Source: an uncultured Gammaproteobacteria bacterium
GTDB lineage: Bacteria; Patescibacteriota; Patescibacteriia; Magasanikbacterales; GWA2-37-8
Assembly: GCA_964510885.1 (NCBI GenBank)
Contig: CAZEDL010000001.1
Location: forward strand, 64,684 to 128,683
Reading direction: 5' to 3'
DNA length: 64,000 bases
Below, piece after piece: positions 8,028-18,249 of this stretch. Each line of letters starts with the position of its first letter. Within the stretch, counting starts at the first letter, position 1. The translations under genes and the position numbers were made by a program. The notes under the pieces are model-generated. The model did no database searches. It was given only the letters and a program-made list of their open reading frames with translations, and was not told the origin of the DNA.

Positions 8028-8684
8028 ATGTGTTTTTCAGCTTCGGCCAGCTTTACTGCCAGTGCCGGCCTAGCCGTTATCGGGGGAGTATCGCTTAAAA
8101 AAACCACTCTTCGTTCACACTATCTGCTTGCGAGCATCCCACTGTTATTTGGTATCCAACAGGGGATAGAAGGCTTATTATGGATGGCCTTCAATCACGG
8201 CTTGTTTCGCGAGTATATTTCTGCGTTGAGCCTGGCGTACGGTTTTTTTGCTTTTTGCCTATGGCCAGTATATGTACCGCTCGCCGTATTTGTAATTGAA
8301 CGCCAATACTGGCGACGGGTGGTGATGTGTGCGCTCTTATTTCTTGGTGTCGGTATCAGCTTATGGCTATCATATTATGTCTACCTCCAGCCTTTTTCAG
8401 TGGGAGTCCTTAATGAAAGTTTGCATTATCGGATAGAATTAACCGGTGCCGAAGCCAAAGCCTGTCTGATTGCCTATGTACTGGTAGTTTTTGCAGCTCC
8501 ATTCTTTTCGCGCCAGCGTTATATTCGCCTATTTGGGTGCGCTCTTTTGGCTTCAGCTGCGGTATCATTCTATTTCTATTTATTTGCGGCCTATTCAGTC
8601 TGGTGCTTTTTTGCCGCCATTTTGAGCGGTGTCATATTTTTTGAAGTAAGCCGCCAGCAATCCGATACTCCCTATGTCAAATAA
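8028..8684 (+). CDS. Polytopic membrane protein (DUF6629-like)
   Basis: MCFSASASF start, IPLLFGIQQGIEG, SVWCFFAA. Confidence 0.65.
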   Translation: MCFSASASFTASAGLAVIGGVSLKKTTLRSHYLLASIPLLFGIQQGIEGLLWMAFNHGLFREYISALSLAYGFFAFCLWPVYVPLAVFVIERQYWRRVVMCALLFLGVGISLWLSYYVYLQPFSVGVLNESLHYRIELTGAEAKACLIAYVLVVFAAPFFSRQRYIRLFGCALLASAAVSFYFYLFAAYSVWCFFAAILSGVIFFEVSRQQSDTPYVK

Positions 8685-9927
8685 GTTTTTCAGTCCGATG
8701 AAAATTATTTTATTCACGGTGTTCGTGGATGTGCTTGGGCTTGGTATTTTGATTCCAGTTATACCGATTCTCCTGGCTGACCCCGCGTCACCCCACTATC
8801 TACTGCCTGCTGGCTGGACGCTTGATCGGGGTTACATCACTCTTGGTTTCCTATTAGCGGTTTTTCCGTTCATGCAATTTTTATCCGCTCCAATCCTTGG
8901 GCAATTATCCGATAAATACGGCCGCAAGCGTTTGCTAGCACTCTGTCTTGCCGGTACCAGCGGGGGATATGCCTTATTTGCGCTTGCCATTATAATCAAA
9001 AGCATCCCATTATTATTTATAGCTAGAGCTATCGACGGTATCACCGGCGGTAATATAGCTATTGCTCAAGCAGCTATTGCCGACATCAGTAAGCCCTCCG
9101 ATCGCGTGAAAAATTTTGGCCTTATGGGCGCCACTTTTGGTGTCGGGTTTATTGTTGGGCCATTTCTTGGCGGGGTATTATCCGACAGCTCGATTATGCC
9201 GTGGTTTAGCGCTGCCACGCCTTTTTGGTTTGCGACCGCGCTGGCTTTTTTAAATACCGTATTCGTATCATATTTTTTCCCCGAAACAAATCGCGAAATC
9301 AAACGCCACCTCCAAATAAATTGGCGCCAGTCACTGCAACACATTGCTGCAGCAGCCACCCATGCCCGTTTGCGTGTTGTATTTTTGTCCAATTTTTTCT
9401 TTCAGGGAGGTTTCACTTTTTTTACTACTTTTTTCAGCGTATTTTTATTTAGCCGGTTTGGTGTAACGCAAAGTCAAATTGGCACCTATTTCGCCGTGAT
9501 TGGGGTGTGTATTGCTCTCGGGCAAGCGTTGGTAGTACGCCGTTTATCAGGAAAATTTCAGCCGGCGTCAATTTTGCGTGTCACACTAATCTTAGTTGGT
9601 TTATACTTGCCACTCCACTTTCTGCCAGCTGCGTGGTGGCAGATGTTTTTCCTCGCCCCTCTTTTTGCTGTTTTAGTCAGTTTGACCCAAAGTAACATGA
9701 CAGGCCAGGTGAGTCTCAGTGCGGCTGGTTCGGTCCAAGGGGAGGTGCTAGGGATTAATGCGAGTGTCCAAGCCCTAGCGCAATCAGTTCCACCCGTTCT
9801 AACTGGTTTTATCGCAGCTTCATTAAGCCCAAGCGCACCTATTGTGGTAGCTGCTATCACCATCTTACTCGCAGGGCTTATCTTTATTGTAGGATTTACT
9901 AAACCAAGGGAACCCGTCAAAACCTAA
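8674..9927 (+). CDS. MFS transporter, TetA/DHA1-like efflux
   Basis: GQLSDKYGRK motif A; GFIVGPFLGG motif C; about 12 hydrophobic segments. Confidence 0.85.
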   Translation: MSNKFFSPMKIILFTVFVDVLGLGILIPVIPILLADPASPHYLLPAGWTLDRGYITLGFLLAVFPFMQFLSAPILGQLSDKYGRKRLLALCLAGTSGGYALFALAIIIKSIPLLFIARAIDGITGGNIAIAQAAIADISKPSDRVKNFGLMGATFGVGFIVGPFLGGVLSDSSIMPWFSAATPFWFATALAFLNTVFVSYFFPETNREIKRHLQINWRQSLQHIAAAATHARLRVVFLSNFFFQGGFTFFTTFFSVFLFSRFGVTQSQIGTYFAVIGVCIALGQALVVRRLSGKFQPASILRVTLILVGLYLPLHFLPAAWWQMFFLAPLFAVLVSLTQSNMTGQVSLSAAGSVQGEVLGINASVQALAQSVPPVLTGFIAASLSPSAPIVVAAITILLAGLIFIVGFTKPREPVKT

Positions 9928-9928
9928 T

Positions 9929-9957
9929 TAAAAAACCGACCTTTAGGGTCGGTTTTT
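9929..9957. terminator. Bidirectional terminator between convergent genes
   Basis: AAAAACCGACC-TTTAG-GGTCGGTTTTT. Confidence 0.75.
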
Positions 9958-9960
9958 ATT

Positions 9961-10527
9961 TTATTGTACTACGTACGTACGGGAATATTTATAAACCGGC
10001 TCTCGCTTATATCCAGTTGATGCTGTATACCGAGTATACGCAGAATTAGTGTTACCTCCGCCCACCATCGCTTGTGGCTCCAGAGTAGTGGCGTAGCTTG
10101 TTGCGACATATGTTTTTTTGTAACTTGAGTTAGCTGCGTTAGTGCGCACATACTCAGAATCTGCAGCCGGTTTAGGAATTAGAGTAGCCTGTGGCACAAA
10201 GGTTCGAGTATAGTAAACTCGATCGTTGCTCACCGTATAACCCATATTTACATATGCAGGGGTATAGGTAGTATCGGTATCATAGTAATATCGATAATTA
10301 GAGCCGCCACCAACATTTTCCTGTGAGCGGAAACAATTGGTTCCTTGCGGACTATCGTTCAGCGGAGGATTAAAGGTGTAATTTAAACGGCCTTCCCCGT
10401 CATAATAAGTCCGAGTATAGTCATAATTGGTCTCAATACCGTAGTTATATGGACAGGCGGCCGCAGCTGGCAGCAAGGCCAATAGGGTAGAAAAAGTGCT
10501 TAATAGAGCAATCAGAAGATAACGCAT
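9961..10527 (-). CDS. Secreted Tyr/Thr-rich hypothetical protein
   Basis: Signal-peptide-like N-terminus ending AAA; very Tyr-rich mature part. Confidence 0.6.
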   Translation of the reverse strand: MRYLLIALLSTFSTLLALLPAAAACPYNYGIETNYDYTRTYYDGEGRLNYTFNPPLNDSPQGTNCFRSQENVGGGSNYRYYYDTDTTYTPAYVNMGYTVSNDRVYYTRTFVPQATLIPKPAADSEYVRTNAANSSYKKTYVATSYATTLEPQAMVGGGNTNSAYTRYTASTGYKREPVYKYSRTYVVQ

Positions 10528-10631
10528 AAATAAGGCTAAAATTAGATACTAAACAGCTTAGTATAGCACAAAAATGGCCTCTTGTCAAGATCCATTGGCC
10601 AGCGTATACTTACTTTTTTAAATAAGATTTT

Positions 10632-11222
10632 ATGGTAATTCGTTCTGCTGAAGCCCAGCTTCCGACTGAATACGGCATGTTTAAGATTTTTATTTACACT
10701 TCAGATGCCGATAAGCGAGAGTATGTAGCCTTAACAATTGGCGATCTCACCAAGCAACCTATACTAGCGCGTATCCATTCACAGTGTCTCACCGGTGATG
10801 CTTTTGGCTCGCTTAAATGTGATTGCGGTCCGCAGCTGCATGCCAGCCTAAAAGTAATTGGCTCCTCCGAAGCCGGCATCTTGTTGTATTTAAATCAAGA
10901 AGGTCGGAGCATTGGCCTCAGTAACAAAATCAAAGCCTATGCCCTCCAGGATCAGGGTATGGATACGGTGGAAGCGAACGCAGCGCTCGGCTTTGCTCCC
11001 GATGCCCGCAATTACACTGTGGCTGCTGATATCCTAAAAGATCTTGGTGTTACGACCATTGCACTCCTCACCAATAATCCCGACAAAGTCACTCAAATTA
11101 AACAGTATGGAATCACCATATCGCATCGCTTGCCACTCGAGATCGCTGCGCAACCTAAGAATCGTGATTATTTGCTTGTCAAAAAAAATAAAATGGGCCA
11201 CCACCTCGATCAATTCGAATAA
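10632..11222 (+). CDS. ribA: GTP cyclohydrolase II
   Basis: LPTEYG, RIHSQCLTGDAFGSLKCDCG, QEGR, LLTNNPDK. Confidence 0.95.
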   Translation: MVIRSAEAQLPTEYGMFKIFIYTSDADKREYVALTIGDLTKQPILARIHSQCLTGDAFGSLKCDCGPQLHASLKVIGSSEAGILLYLNQEGRSIGLSNKIKAYALQDQGMDTVEANAALGFAPDARNYTVAADILKDLGVTTIALLTNNPDKVTQIKQYGITISHRLPLEIAAQPKNRDYLLVKKNKMGHHLDQFE

Positions 11223-11236
11223 TTTTGTTCAGATCT

Positions 11237-12334
11237 ATGGTAAAATCGGTATCAGATGATTTATTTTTAGCCCGCACGCTAGCGCTAGCTAAGAAAGGTC
11301 GTGGTCACACAAGTCCGAATCCGCTCGTTGGGTGTGTAATTGTAAAAAATAATCGGGTTCTGGCCGAAGGGTACCATCACCGCCTTGGCGGAGCTCATGC
11401 AGAAATCGAAGCTCTCGCCGCCGCCAAAAAACACGGAGTATCGGTGCGTGGTGCCACCCTGTATGTTAATTTAGAACCGTGCTCATACCAGGGGCGTCAG
11501 CCGCCCTGCGCTCCGGCTCTCGTGGCGGCCGGCATTACCCGAGTAGTTTTTTGTACGATCGATCCCAATCCTCGGGTAGCAGGAAAAGGCGCCGCGCTCT
11601 TACGCCAATCAAGTATCGAAGTAAGCTCCGGCCATCTCGAAGCCGAGGCACGCGCGTTGAATGAATCTTTTTTTACCTACCACGAAACTAAGCGCCCGTT
11701 CATCGCCCTTAAATATGCCGCCAGCCTCGACGGCAAAATTGCTACCTATACCGGCGATTCTAAATGGATAACTAATGAGGCTTCGCGCGCGTATGCACGG
11801 TCTCTACGTGGAATATACCAGGCTATCTTGGTTGGAATAGGCACAGTGCTCACTGACGATCCACATCTCGGCTCACGCCAAAAAAACACCACCGACCCGC
11901 TGCGGATTATTCTAGATAGTTCACTACGCATCCCTCTCTCAAGCCAAGTGCTGCGTGATAACAATGTCCTTATCGTCACAACCCACCTGGCTAGCAAAAC
12001 TAAACTGGCTGCACTCAAAAAACGCGGTTTCTCTGTGGTTTCGTTTAGAGGAAAAACTATTCCTATTCCCGCCCTCTTAAAAGTTTTAAAAGAGCGTGAA
12101 ATAATTAGCGTGTTAGTTGAAGGTGGTGGAACCGTACTCGGCAGTTTTATTGATCAGGGGTTGGTTGATAAGGTGTACATATTTCAAGCTCCACTTATCG
12201 TGGGTGGAGTCGGCGCGATTAGTGCGGTCGGCGGCCGAGGCGCCAAAACTATTAAATCTTCCCTGTACTTACAGCGGGTAGAGCGTCATGCTATTGGTTC
12301 TGATCTGTTGACGATTGGGTATCTGCGAGCTTAG
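11237..12334 (+). CDS. ribD: Bifunctional pyrimidine deaminase/reductase
   Basis: PNPLVG, HAE, LEPC...PPC zinc motif, SLDGKIA, SKWIT, VEGG. Confidence 0.95.
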   Translation: MVKSVSDDLFLARTLALAKKGRGHTSPNPLVGCVIVKNNRVLAEGYHHRLGGAHAEIEALAAAKKHGVSVRGATLYVNLEPCSYQGRQPPCAPALVAAGITRVVFCTIDPNPRVAGKGAALLRQSSIEVSSGHLEAEARALNESFFTYHETKRPFIALKYAASLDGKIATYTGDSKWITNEASRAYARSLRGIYQAILVGIGTVLTDDPHLGSRQKNTTDPLRIILDSSLRIPLSSQVLRDNNVLIVTTHLASKTKLAALKKRGFSVVSFRGKTIPIPALLKVLKEREIISVLVEGGGTVLGSFIDQGLVDKVYIFQAPLIVGGVGAISAVGGRGAKTIKSSLYLQRVERHAIGSDLLTIGYLRA

Positions 12335-12368
12335 AATATCAAAAGATTTATTTTTAATAATTATTAGT

Positions 12369-12968
12369 ATGGTTATCGATGCCAAAACAGTTCGCACCAC
12401 TACAGCGCCAATTGGCGATATATTTCTCGAGCGTTGGTCGCCGCGTGCCTTATCTGGCGAGGCCTTGAGTGACGAAGAAGTAAAAGCGCTATTTGAAGCG
12501 GCGCGCTGGGCCCCGTCTTCCTACAATAATCAGCCCTGGCGCTTCGTGATCGCCACCAAAGATTCCCCCGAATGGGGTACTATTTTTGGCCTGCTTGGCG
12601 AGTTCAACCAGAGTTGGTGTAAGCAGGCGAGTCTCCTTGCAGTTGTTATCTCTAGTAATAAATTCGCCTACAATGGCGAGCCGTCGCCCACTCATTCCTA
12701 TGATACCGGCTCTGCTTGGATGAGTCTCGCCCTCGAAGCATCTCGCCGCGGCTTGGTAGCCCATGGGATGCAAGGGTTTGATTACGCCCGGGCTAAAACC
12801 GAACTAAAAATTCCCGACGATTACACTGTTGAGGCTATGTTTGCAGTTGGTAAACACGGTAAAAAAGAAGATCTGTCAGCAGAGTTACAGGCCAAAGAGC
12901 AGCCTTCTGATCGCAACCCTATTTCTGAGTTCGTCTTTAAAGGTGCTTTTGGTCAAAGAATTTTTTAA
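12369..12968 (+). CDS. Nitroreductase family protein
   Basis: RWSPRA, EAARWAPSSYNNQPWRF, HGMQGFD. Confidence 0.9.
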   Translation: MVIDAKTVRTTTAPIGDIFLERWSPRALSGEALSDEEVKALFEAARWAPSSYNNQPWRFVIATKDSPEWGTIFGLLGEFNQSWCKQASLLAVVISSNKFAYNGEPSPTHSYDTGSAWMSLALEASRRGLVAHGMQGFDYARAKTELKIPDDYTVEAMFAVGKHGKKEDLSAELQAKEQPSDRNPISEFVFKGAFGQRIF

Positions 12969-12980
12969 TGTTAAAAGTAT

Positions 12981-13214
12981 ATGATGTCCCATTTACTCTT
13001 TCCCCCAGGCTTTGGTTTTATGTTTATTTTCATGATTATCGCCACCGTCTTTTGGATTTGGATGTTGGTTGATTGTGTTACCCGTAAGTTCACTAGTCAA
13101 GTTGAAAAAATTGCCTGGGTTCTTGGGATGCTTTTTTTCCACGTAATTATTTCAATTGTCTATTATTTTGCCGTCAAAAAAAGCAATCCGACTGGAGTCA
13201 TGAAAACACCTTAA
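12981..13214 (+). CDS. PLDc N-terminal-domain small membrane protein
   Basis: FWIWMLVDC...KIAWVL...IVYYF pattern. Confidence 0.75.
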   Translation: MMSHLLFPPGFGFMFIFMIIATVFWIWMLVDCVTRKFTSQVEKIAWVLGMLFFHVIISIVYYFAVKKSNPTGVMKTP

Positions 13215-13291
13215 ACACATAGAACATCAAGCCGCTGCCGACATACCCGCGCATGGGCCAGCTCACGAGGGGGATCAACGGTTTATGGCTA

Positions 13292-13327
13292 AATAAAAAA
13301 TCCTTGTTTTAGCAAGGATTTTTTATT
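13292..13327. terminator. Bidirectional terminator
   Basis: AATAAAAAATCCTTG / CAAGGATTTTTTATT inverted repeat. Confidence 0.75.
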
Positions 13328-13329
13328 TA

Positions 13330-13443
13330 TTATGTCCGGACGATTTTTTTCTTAACAATGTGCTTGGTTTTCTTTTTCAAGCGTTTACCAATCTTGGTAT
13401 TTTTTTTCGCCTGATTCATGCGAGCTTTGAGAGCGCTGTTCAT
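13330..13443 (-). CDS. 37-aa highly basic peptide missing from the ORF track
   Basis: Read by hand: MNSALKARMNQAKKNTKIGKRLKKKTKHIVKKKIVRT; has its own TTGAAT-17-CATACT promoter and a terminator. Confidence 0.6.
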   Translation of the reverse strand: MNSALKARMNQAKKNTKIGKRLKKKTKHIVKKKIVRT

Positions 13444-13520
13444 AACACGAAATAAATAAGTAATAAGGTACTGCTTGAGTATGCCACAAGGGAATTAAAA
13501 ATTCAAGTCTAGTCAGCCTC

Positions 13521-15371
13521 TTAGGTTAATTTTTTTACTATACCTACAATGGCCTCGGCTGAAATTCCTTCATACTCAAGTAGTTCTTCCGGCTTCCCAC
13601 TCATCGACATCTTGGTTACAGCCAGAGAGTGCACAACTGCCCCGGTGTCAAATACTGCGCTACGCACCGCTTCAGCCAGGCCGCCTTCGGGGTAATGGTC
13701 TTCAACTACAATAAGATGCTTGGTTTCAGTTGCAGCCGTGGTGAGAGTGATGGTGTCAATTGGTTTAACACTATAAAGGTCTATGACTCGAACCATAATA
13801 CCTTCCTGTTGTAATAGGTCATAAGCCTTTAAAGCTTCATGCAAAGTTATACCCGCTGCCACGATCGTGGCCGCATCAGTCGCACTCGTTTTAAGTGTTT
13901 TGCTTCCGCCGATCGGAAATTTCTCGTCGGTAGAGTAGAGGATTGCGGTATCTTTGCGGGTAGTCCGCATATAGATAAGCCCAGGCGTTTCAGCCATCGT
14001 GGCAGTTAATTTTTCTGTCGACACCGCATCACTCGGGTACAGTACCGTGCTGCCAAGCACCGCCCGGAACAAACTAATATCTTCTAGGGCCATCTGTGAT
14101 GACCCATCTTCACCAATCGATACACCTGCATGAGACCCAACAAATTTTATATTCCCCTCAGAATATTGACTCATCCGAATCTGATCAGCTGCCCGGGTGA
14201 AAAATGCGGCAAAGGTAGATACGAAAGGAATTTCGCCGCGCCGCGATAGCCCAAGGGCGGTGCTTACCATATTCTGCTCGGCAATATACATTTCAAAAAA
14301 TCGCTCCGGCGCTGTTTTTTTAGCCAGTTCGGCATAGGTAGAGTTGCTTGTTTCCGCATCAAGCACGACCACTCGTTCATTAGCGGTTACTAGTTTGGCA
14401 AGCGCGTTGCCGTAGGCGCGGCGGGTGGAGGTGGGTTTATCGTAATGTGAAGAAGCTGGAATCTGGAAGTTAGAATTTGGAAAATTGTTTCGGATTTCGG
14501 ATTTTAGATTCCGGATTTCCGTCTTCAATGGTTGTTCTATAATACCCCTTATATTTAAATCCACCTCACCAAGTTCTGCTAACGCTTTTTCTAACTCTTC
14601 CTTTGAAAGCGTTTTACCATGCCACCCATCTTTATTTTCTAAAAATGAAACACCTTTACCCTTCACCGTCTTGGCAATTATCATAACTGGTTTGTCAGTG
14701 GTACTCTGAGCGGTTTCAAACGCAGTTGCTATCTCTTCAAGATTATGGCCATCTATTTCAATCGCTTTCCACCCAAAGGACTCAACTCGGGCAACATACG
14801 TATCAGTGTCATGCCCGAGCATCGTTTCACCGCGCTGACCTAGGCGATTTATGTCAATAATCCCAACCAGATTATTTAATCTATAATGGCTAGCCACTTC
14901 GAGTGCCTCCCACACTGATCCTTCAGCCATTTCACTGTCCCCAAGCAGAACATACGTCCGATAGGATAAGTTTCGAAGCCGCGCCTGCAGCGCCATCCCC
15001 AGGCCAATCGATAATCCTTGGCCAAGCGAACCGGTCGCTGCCTCAGTATAAGGAAATTTCAATGTCGGATGACCTTCCAGACGGCTGCCAAATTTTCTAA
15101 GCGTATTTAATTCTTTCGCTTCAATCGCACCGGCCGCTGCATAGAGTGAGTAAAATAGGGGAGAGGCATGGCCTTTGCTAAAAATCAGCCGGTCGTTATT
15201 AATGTATGCTGGATCATCTAGTTTGGCTTTAAAAATTCCGCCAAATAGCAACACGGACATAACATCAGCTGCCGATAGCGAAGAACTAGGGTGCCCTGAT
15301 CCGGCTGCTGTGGTAGAAGTTAAGCATAGATAACGAACCAGTTTAGCAATTTTAAATAATTGTTCATCCAT
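13521..15371 (-). CDS. tkt: Transketolase
   Basis: SGHP, FSKGHAS, TGSLGQG, GDSEMAEG TPP motif, IAEQNM, GEDGSSQ. Confidence 0.95.
   Translation of the reverse strand: MDEQLFKIAKLVRYLCLTSTTAAGSGHPSSSLSAADVMSVLLFGGIFKAKLDDPAYINNDRLIFSKGHASPLFYSLYAAAGAIEAKELNTLRKFGSRLEGHPTLKFPYTEAATGSLGQGLSIGLGMALQARLRNLSYRTYVLLGDSEMAEGSVWEALEVASHYRLNNLVGIIDINRLGQRGETMLGHDTDTYVARVESFGWKAIEIDGHNLEEIATAFETAQSTTDKPVMIIAKTVKGKGVSFLENKDGWHGKTLSKEELEKALAELGEVDLNIRGIIEQPLKTEIRNLKSEIRNNFPNSNFQIPASSHYDKPTSTRRAYGNALAKLVTANERVVVLDAETSNSTYAELAKKTAPERFFEMYIAEQNMVSTALGLSRRGEIPFVSTFAAFFTRAADQIRMSQYSEGNIKFVGSHAGVSIGEDGSSQMALEDISLFRAVLGSTVLYPSDAVSTEKLTATMAETPGLIYMRTTRKDTAILYSTDEKFPIGGSKTLKTSATDAATIVAAGITLHEALKAYDLLQQEGIMVRVIDLYSVKPIDTITLTTAATETKHLIVVEDHYPEGGLAEAVRSAVFDTGAVVHSLAVTKMSMSGKPEELLEYEGISAEAIVGIVKKLT
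14451..14522 (-). repeat. In-frame degenerate 7-nt tandem repeats in the transketolase linker
   Basis: Minus strand AATCCGG AATCTAA AATCCGA AATCCGA, then TTTCCAA ATTCTAA CTTCCAG ATTCCAG. Confidence 0.65.
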
Positions 15372-15404
15372 AGTGGAGTATAAAATAATTTAGAATCAAA
15401 ACAA

Positions 15405-15824
15405 CTAATCAGGTCTTTTCAAAGACAGCATAATTCGTTCAGCTCTATCCAAATGAGCTGCCACCGTAGAGGCAGAGCCAACCAAATCTGCGATCTCTCG
15501 GTTTGATCTTTTTTGATCGGCGCTATCTTCAAATGGCAGCTGTAACAAATGCTCATACTTATCTGCTCTCAAGACTTCCTTCTTATTATCTCCAGTACTC
15601 ATTCTCAATTCTGCGAGCTCTGCTCTTAGTCTCTCTTTACAATATATAACCATATCTTTTCCCAGCCCATGACGTAAAGTTAGCAACAAAGCTTTAACCG
15701 CATCCATGTTATCAAATGCAGATTGCAAAAAATCGTTACCCAACGAGGTATAGCCGACAAACGAATTCTTATCCGCTGCTCGTCGTTGTAATTTCCCTTC
15801 TATCCTTTCACCGATCATATGCAA
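15405..15824 (-). CDS. Hypothetical protein
   Basis: ORF fills the gap between zwf-gnd and tkt on the same strand; no motif recognised. Confidence 0.55.
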   Translation of the reverse strand: MHMIGERIEGKLQRRAADKNSFVGYTSLGNDFLQSAFDNMDAVKALLLTLRHGLGKDMVIYCKERLRAELAELRMSTGDNKKEVLRADKYEHLLQLPFEDSADQKRSNREIADLVGSASTVAAHLDRAERIMLSLKRPD

Positions 15825-15833
15825 GAGTAGTAG

Positions 15834-18206
15834 TTATTTTTTAACACTGTGGCCTCCAAACTGATTACGCATTGTAGACAGTAATTGCCCGGTATAGCTT
15901 GGCTTCTTTTTCGATTTCACGCGGAAATTAAACGAATCTTCAATCACAGGGGCAGGTACTTTTAATTTCTTGGCAGTTTTCACCGTCCACTCGCCTTCGC
16001 CCGTATAGTTTACCGCTCCCGAGACTGATTTCAAATTTTCACCATATGCTTCAAAGCCGCTTTTCAGCCAGCCGACCAGCCGTGATTCTATTACGCTGCC
16101 GCGGTTGTACAGCCGTGCCACCTCAGTGAGGTTTGGTTTGAAGTTAGATTTTTTCATCACGGCAAAACCTTCGGCAATTGCCTGCATCATACCATATTCA
16201 ATCCCATTATGTACCATTTTAATAAAATGCCCAGCACCAGCGCCATCAAACATGGCATAGCCTTCGGGCAGCGCGAGATCAACCCATAAGTGCTCAAGCC
16301 GCTTGGCTCGTTTTTGTCCGCCACCAATCATGAGGCAGGCACCATTCCTGGCTCCGGCCGGACCACCAGATACTCCCACATCCAAAAAGTGAATGCCTCG
16401 TTTTTCAAGCAATTTACCACGTCGTTCGGAATCAAGGTAAAACGAATTACCTCCATCTATAATCGTGTCACCCCGCTCAACATAGTTAATAAGCCCGTCT
16501 TGCGTGCCAAATAGTACCTCATCAACGGGCGCTCCTGCAGGCACCATCATCCAAATCAATCGCGGAGCGGGCAGGCTGTCGACTAATTCTTTAAGTGTAG
16601 TTGCGGTCCGTGCGCGAATTTCTTGTCCAAGCGTCATGGCGACTTCATGGGTACGATTAAATAGAGTGGTGCTCCAGCCTTTTTCTGCCAACCGTCGAGC
16701 CACATTTGCCCCCATTTTTCCGAGACCAATAATACCAATTGATTTTGAAAGCACAATCGGCATAGAGGCAGCCGGCTTGGTTTCAGTAATGACTGCTACA
16801 TCCGGTTCGTATTGCTCGAGTATCACTCCGTTATTTTTCCATACGTGAATAATTGGGTCGATAAATTTCCACATTGCTTTAATCTCTCGAGTCTCATTAA
16901 ACAGTGTTTGGTCGCCCATAATACAGTCGAGAAGAATTTTTTTGTATTCTTCGACATAAAGCATGTCGCTCTTCTGCCCCCGCAGTAAAAAATCGATCGT
17001 TCGCTCATCGAGCTTATATTCTATACCCGGCAATTTAGACCAAAATTTAATACTAATGCCTTCGGTAGGCTCGACCGAAAAAATAATTTGATTCTGATGA
17101 TGTGGCTCCCCAGGGGGACACCAGCAAGGAGATGTATGTTTAAAGGTTACAATAATTTCTTTTTTGCGTACTCCGAGCCGTTTTCCACTCTCGAGCATGA
17201 TAGGCACCCCACTCCACCGCGGAGAGTCAAGCTCAAAGGTGAGCTTAAAGTACGTTTCGTTATTAGAATTTTTGGCCACGCCAACAATGTCTTGGTATCC
17301 GGCATATTGTGCCCGGCGGGTAGATTTTTTAATATCTTTAGCAGATAACTTGGGAAGTTTTTCAAGCAGTTTCATGCGTTCATCACGGATTGCCTCAGGC
17401 GAAAACTCAGCCGGCTGATTCATAGTTACAAGTCCCAGCATTTGCAAGAGATGGTTCTGCCCCATATCACGCAGCGCCCCCACGGAGTCATAATACCGAC
17501 CTCGCTCTTCCACTCCGAGCGTTTCCCAAAGACGCAAATCAATTCGCTCAATAAATTGATTATTCCATATGGGCTCGAATAAATTATTGGCAAATCTAAA
17601 GCTCAAAATATTCTGCAACATCGTTTTGGCCAAGTAGTGATCGATGCGATAAATTTGTTCTTCCTTAAATAGCTTGCCTAATCGTTCATCTAGTCGTTCG
17701 GCCGTTTTTAAATCGTTGCCAAACGGTTTTTCTACCAGCACACGACTCCAGCCTTCCGCTGCGGAACAAGGCTTGGTTAAATTAGACTGCGCTAAATTTT
17801 CTACAATCGGTTCGATAAATGTTGGCGGCACGGCCAAATAAAAGAGTTTATTCGAGCAAGCCTTCCATTCGCCATCGATATACCCTAGGCGTTCAGCCAG
17901 CGAACGATACGCCTGAAGCGCATCAAAATCACCCTGTTGCCACTCAATCCGTTTCAAAAATCCAGCCACCTGATCGGCTGGTGTAGTTTTGAATTCAGCT
18001 CGCTCCAAAATAATCTGCCGCACCTGGTCACGGAATGCCTCTGCCGTTAAATTTCGATGTGAAAATCCAATAATATGAAATAAGCGGGGTAATTTTTTTT
18101 CTAAATAGAGATGAAATAATGCGGGCACGATTTTGCGCCCCATCAAATCGCCAGTAGCCCCAAAAATAATAAGGATCGTAGGTAATGTAAGAGAGGTAAA
18201 ATCCAT
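15834..18206 (-). CDS. zwf: Glucose-6-phosphate dehydrogenase fused to short-type 6-phosphogluconate dehydrogenase (Zwf-Gnd)
   Basis: N-terminal FGATGDL, EKPFG, YRIDHYL, RDMGQNHLLQ; C-terminal IGLGKMG, IDGGNS, DVGVSGG, KMVHNGIEYG, MRNQFGGH. Confidence 0.93.
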   Translation of the reverse strand: MDFTSLTLPTILIIFGATGDLMGRKIVPALFHLYLEKKLPRLFHIIGFSHRNLTAEAFRDQVRQIILERAEFKTTPADQVAGFLKRIEWQQGDFDALQAYRSLAERLGYIDGEWKACSNKLFYLAVPPTFIEPIVENLAQSNLTKPCSAAEGWSRVLVEKPFGNDLKTAERLDERLGKLFKEEQIYRIDHYLAKTMLQNILSFRFANNLFEPIWNNQFIERIDLRLWETLGVEERGRYYDSVGALRDMGQNHLLQMLGLVTMNQPAEFSPEAIRDERMKLLEKLPKLSAKDIKKSTRRAQYAGYQDIVGVAKNSNNETYFKLTFELDSPRWSGVPIMLESGKRLGVRKKEIIVTFKHTSPCWCPPGEPHHQNQIIFSVEPTEGISIKFWSKLPGIEYKLDERTIDFLLRGQKSDMLYVEEYKKILLDCIMGDQTLFNETREIKAMWKFIDPIIHVWKNNGVILEQYEPDVAVITETKPAASMPIVLSKSIGIIGLGKMGANVARRLAEKGWSTTLFNRTHEVAMTLGQEIRARTATTLKELVDSLPAPRLIWMMVPAGAPVDEVLFGTQDGLINYVERGDTIIDGGNSFYLDSERRGKLLEKRGIHFLDVGVSGGPAGARNGACLMIGGGQKRAKRLEHLWVDLALPEGYAMFDGAGAGHFIKMVHNGIEYGMMQAIAEGFAVMKKSNFKPNLTEVARLYNRGSVIESRLVGWLKSGFEAYGENLKSVSGAVNYTGEGEWTVKTAKKLKVPAPVIEDSFNFRVKSKKKPSYTGQLLSTMRNQFGGHSVKK

Positions 18207-18249
18207 AAAAAATTCAAAAATGATACCAAAATCGTAACATGTGAGAATT

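Noticed and set aside
7241-10631. TPP or FMN riboswitch upstream of thiE or ribA
   Set aside because: The spacers are short (about 60 and 100 nt) and lack the conserved aptamer motifs.
13215-13291. Short GC-rich stretch after the PLDc_N gene as a possible small RNA
   Set aside because: Only weak, short pairings; no recognisable motif.
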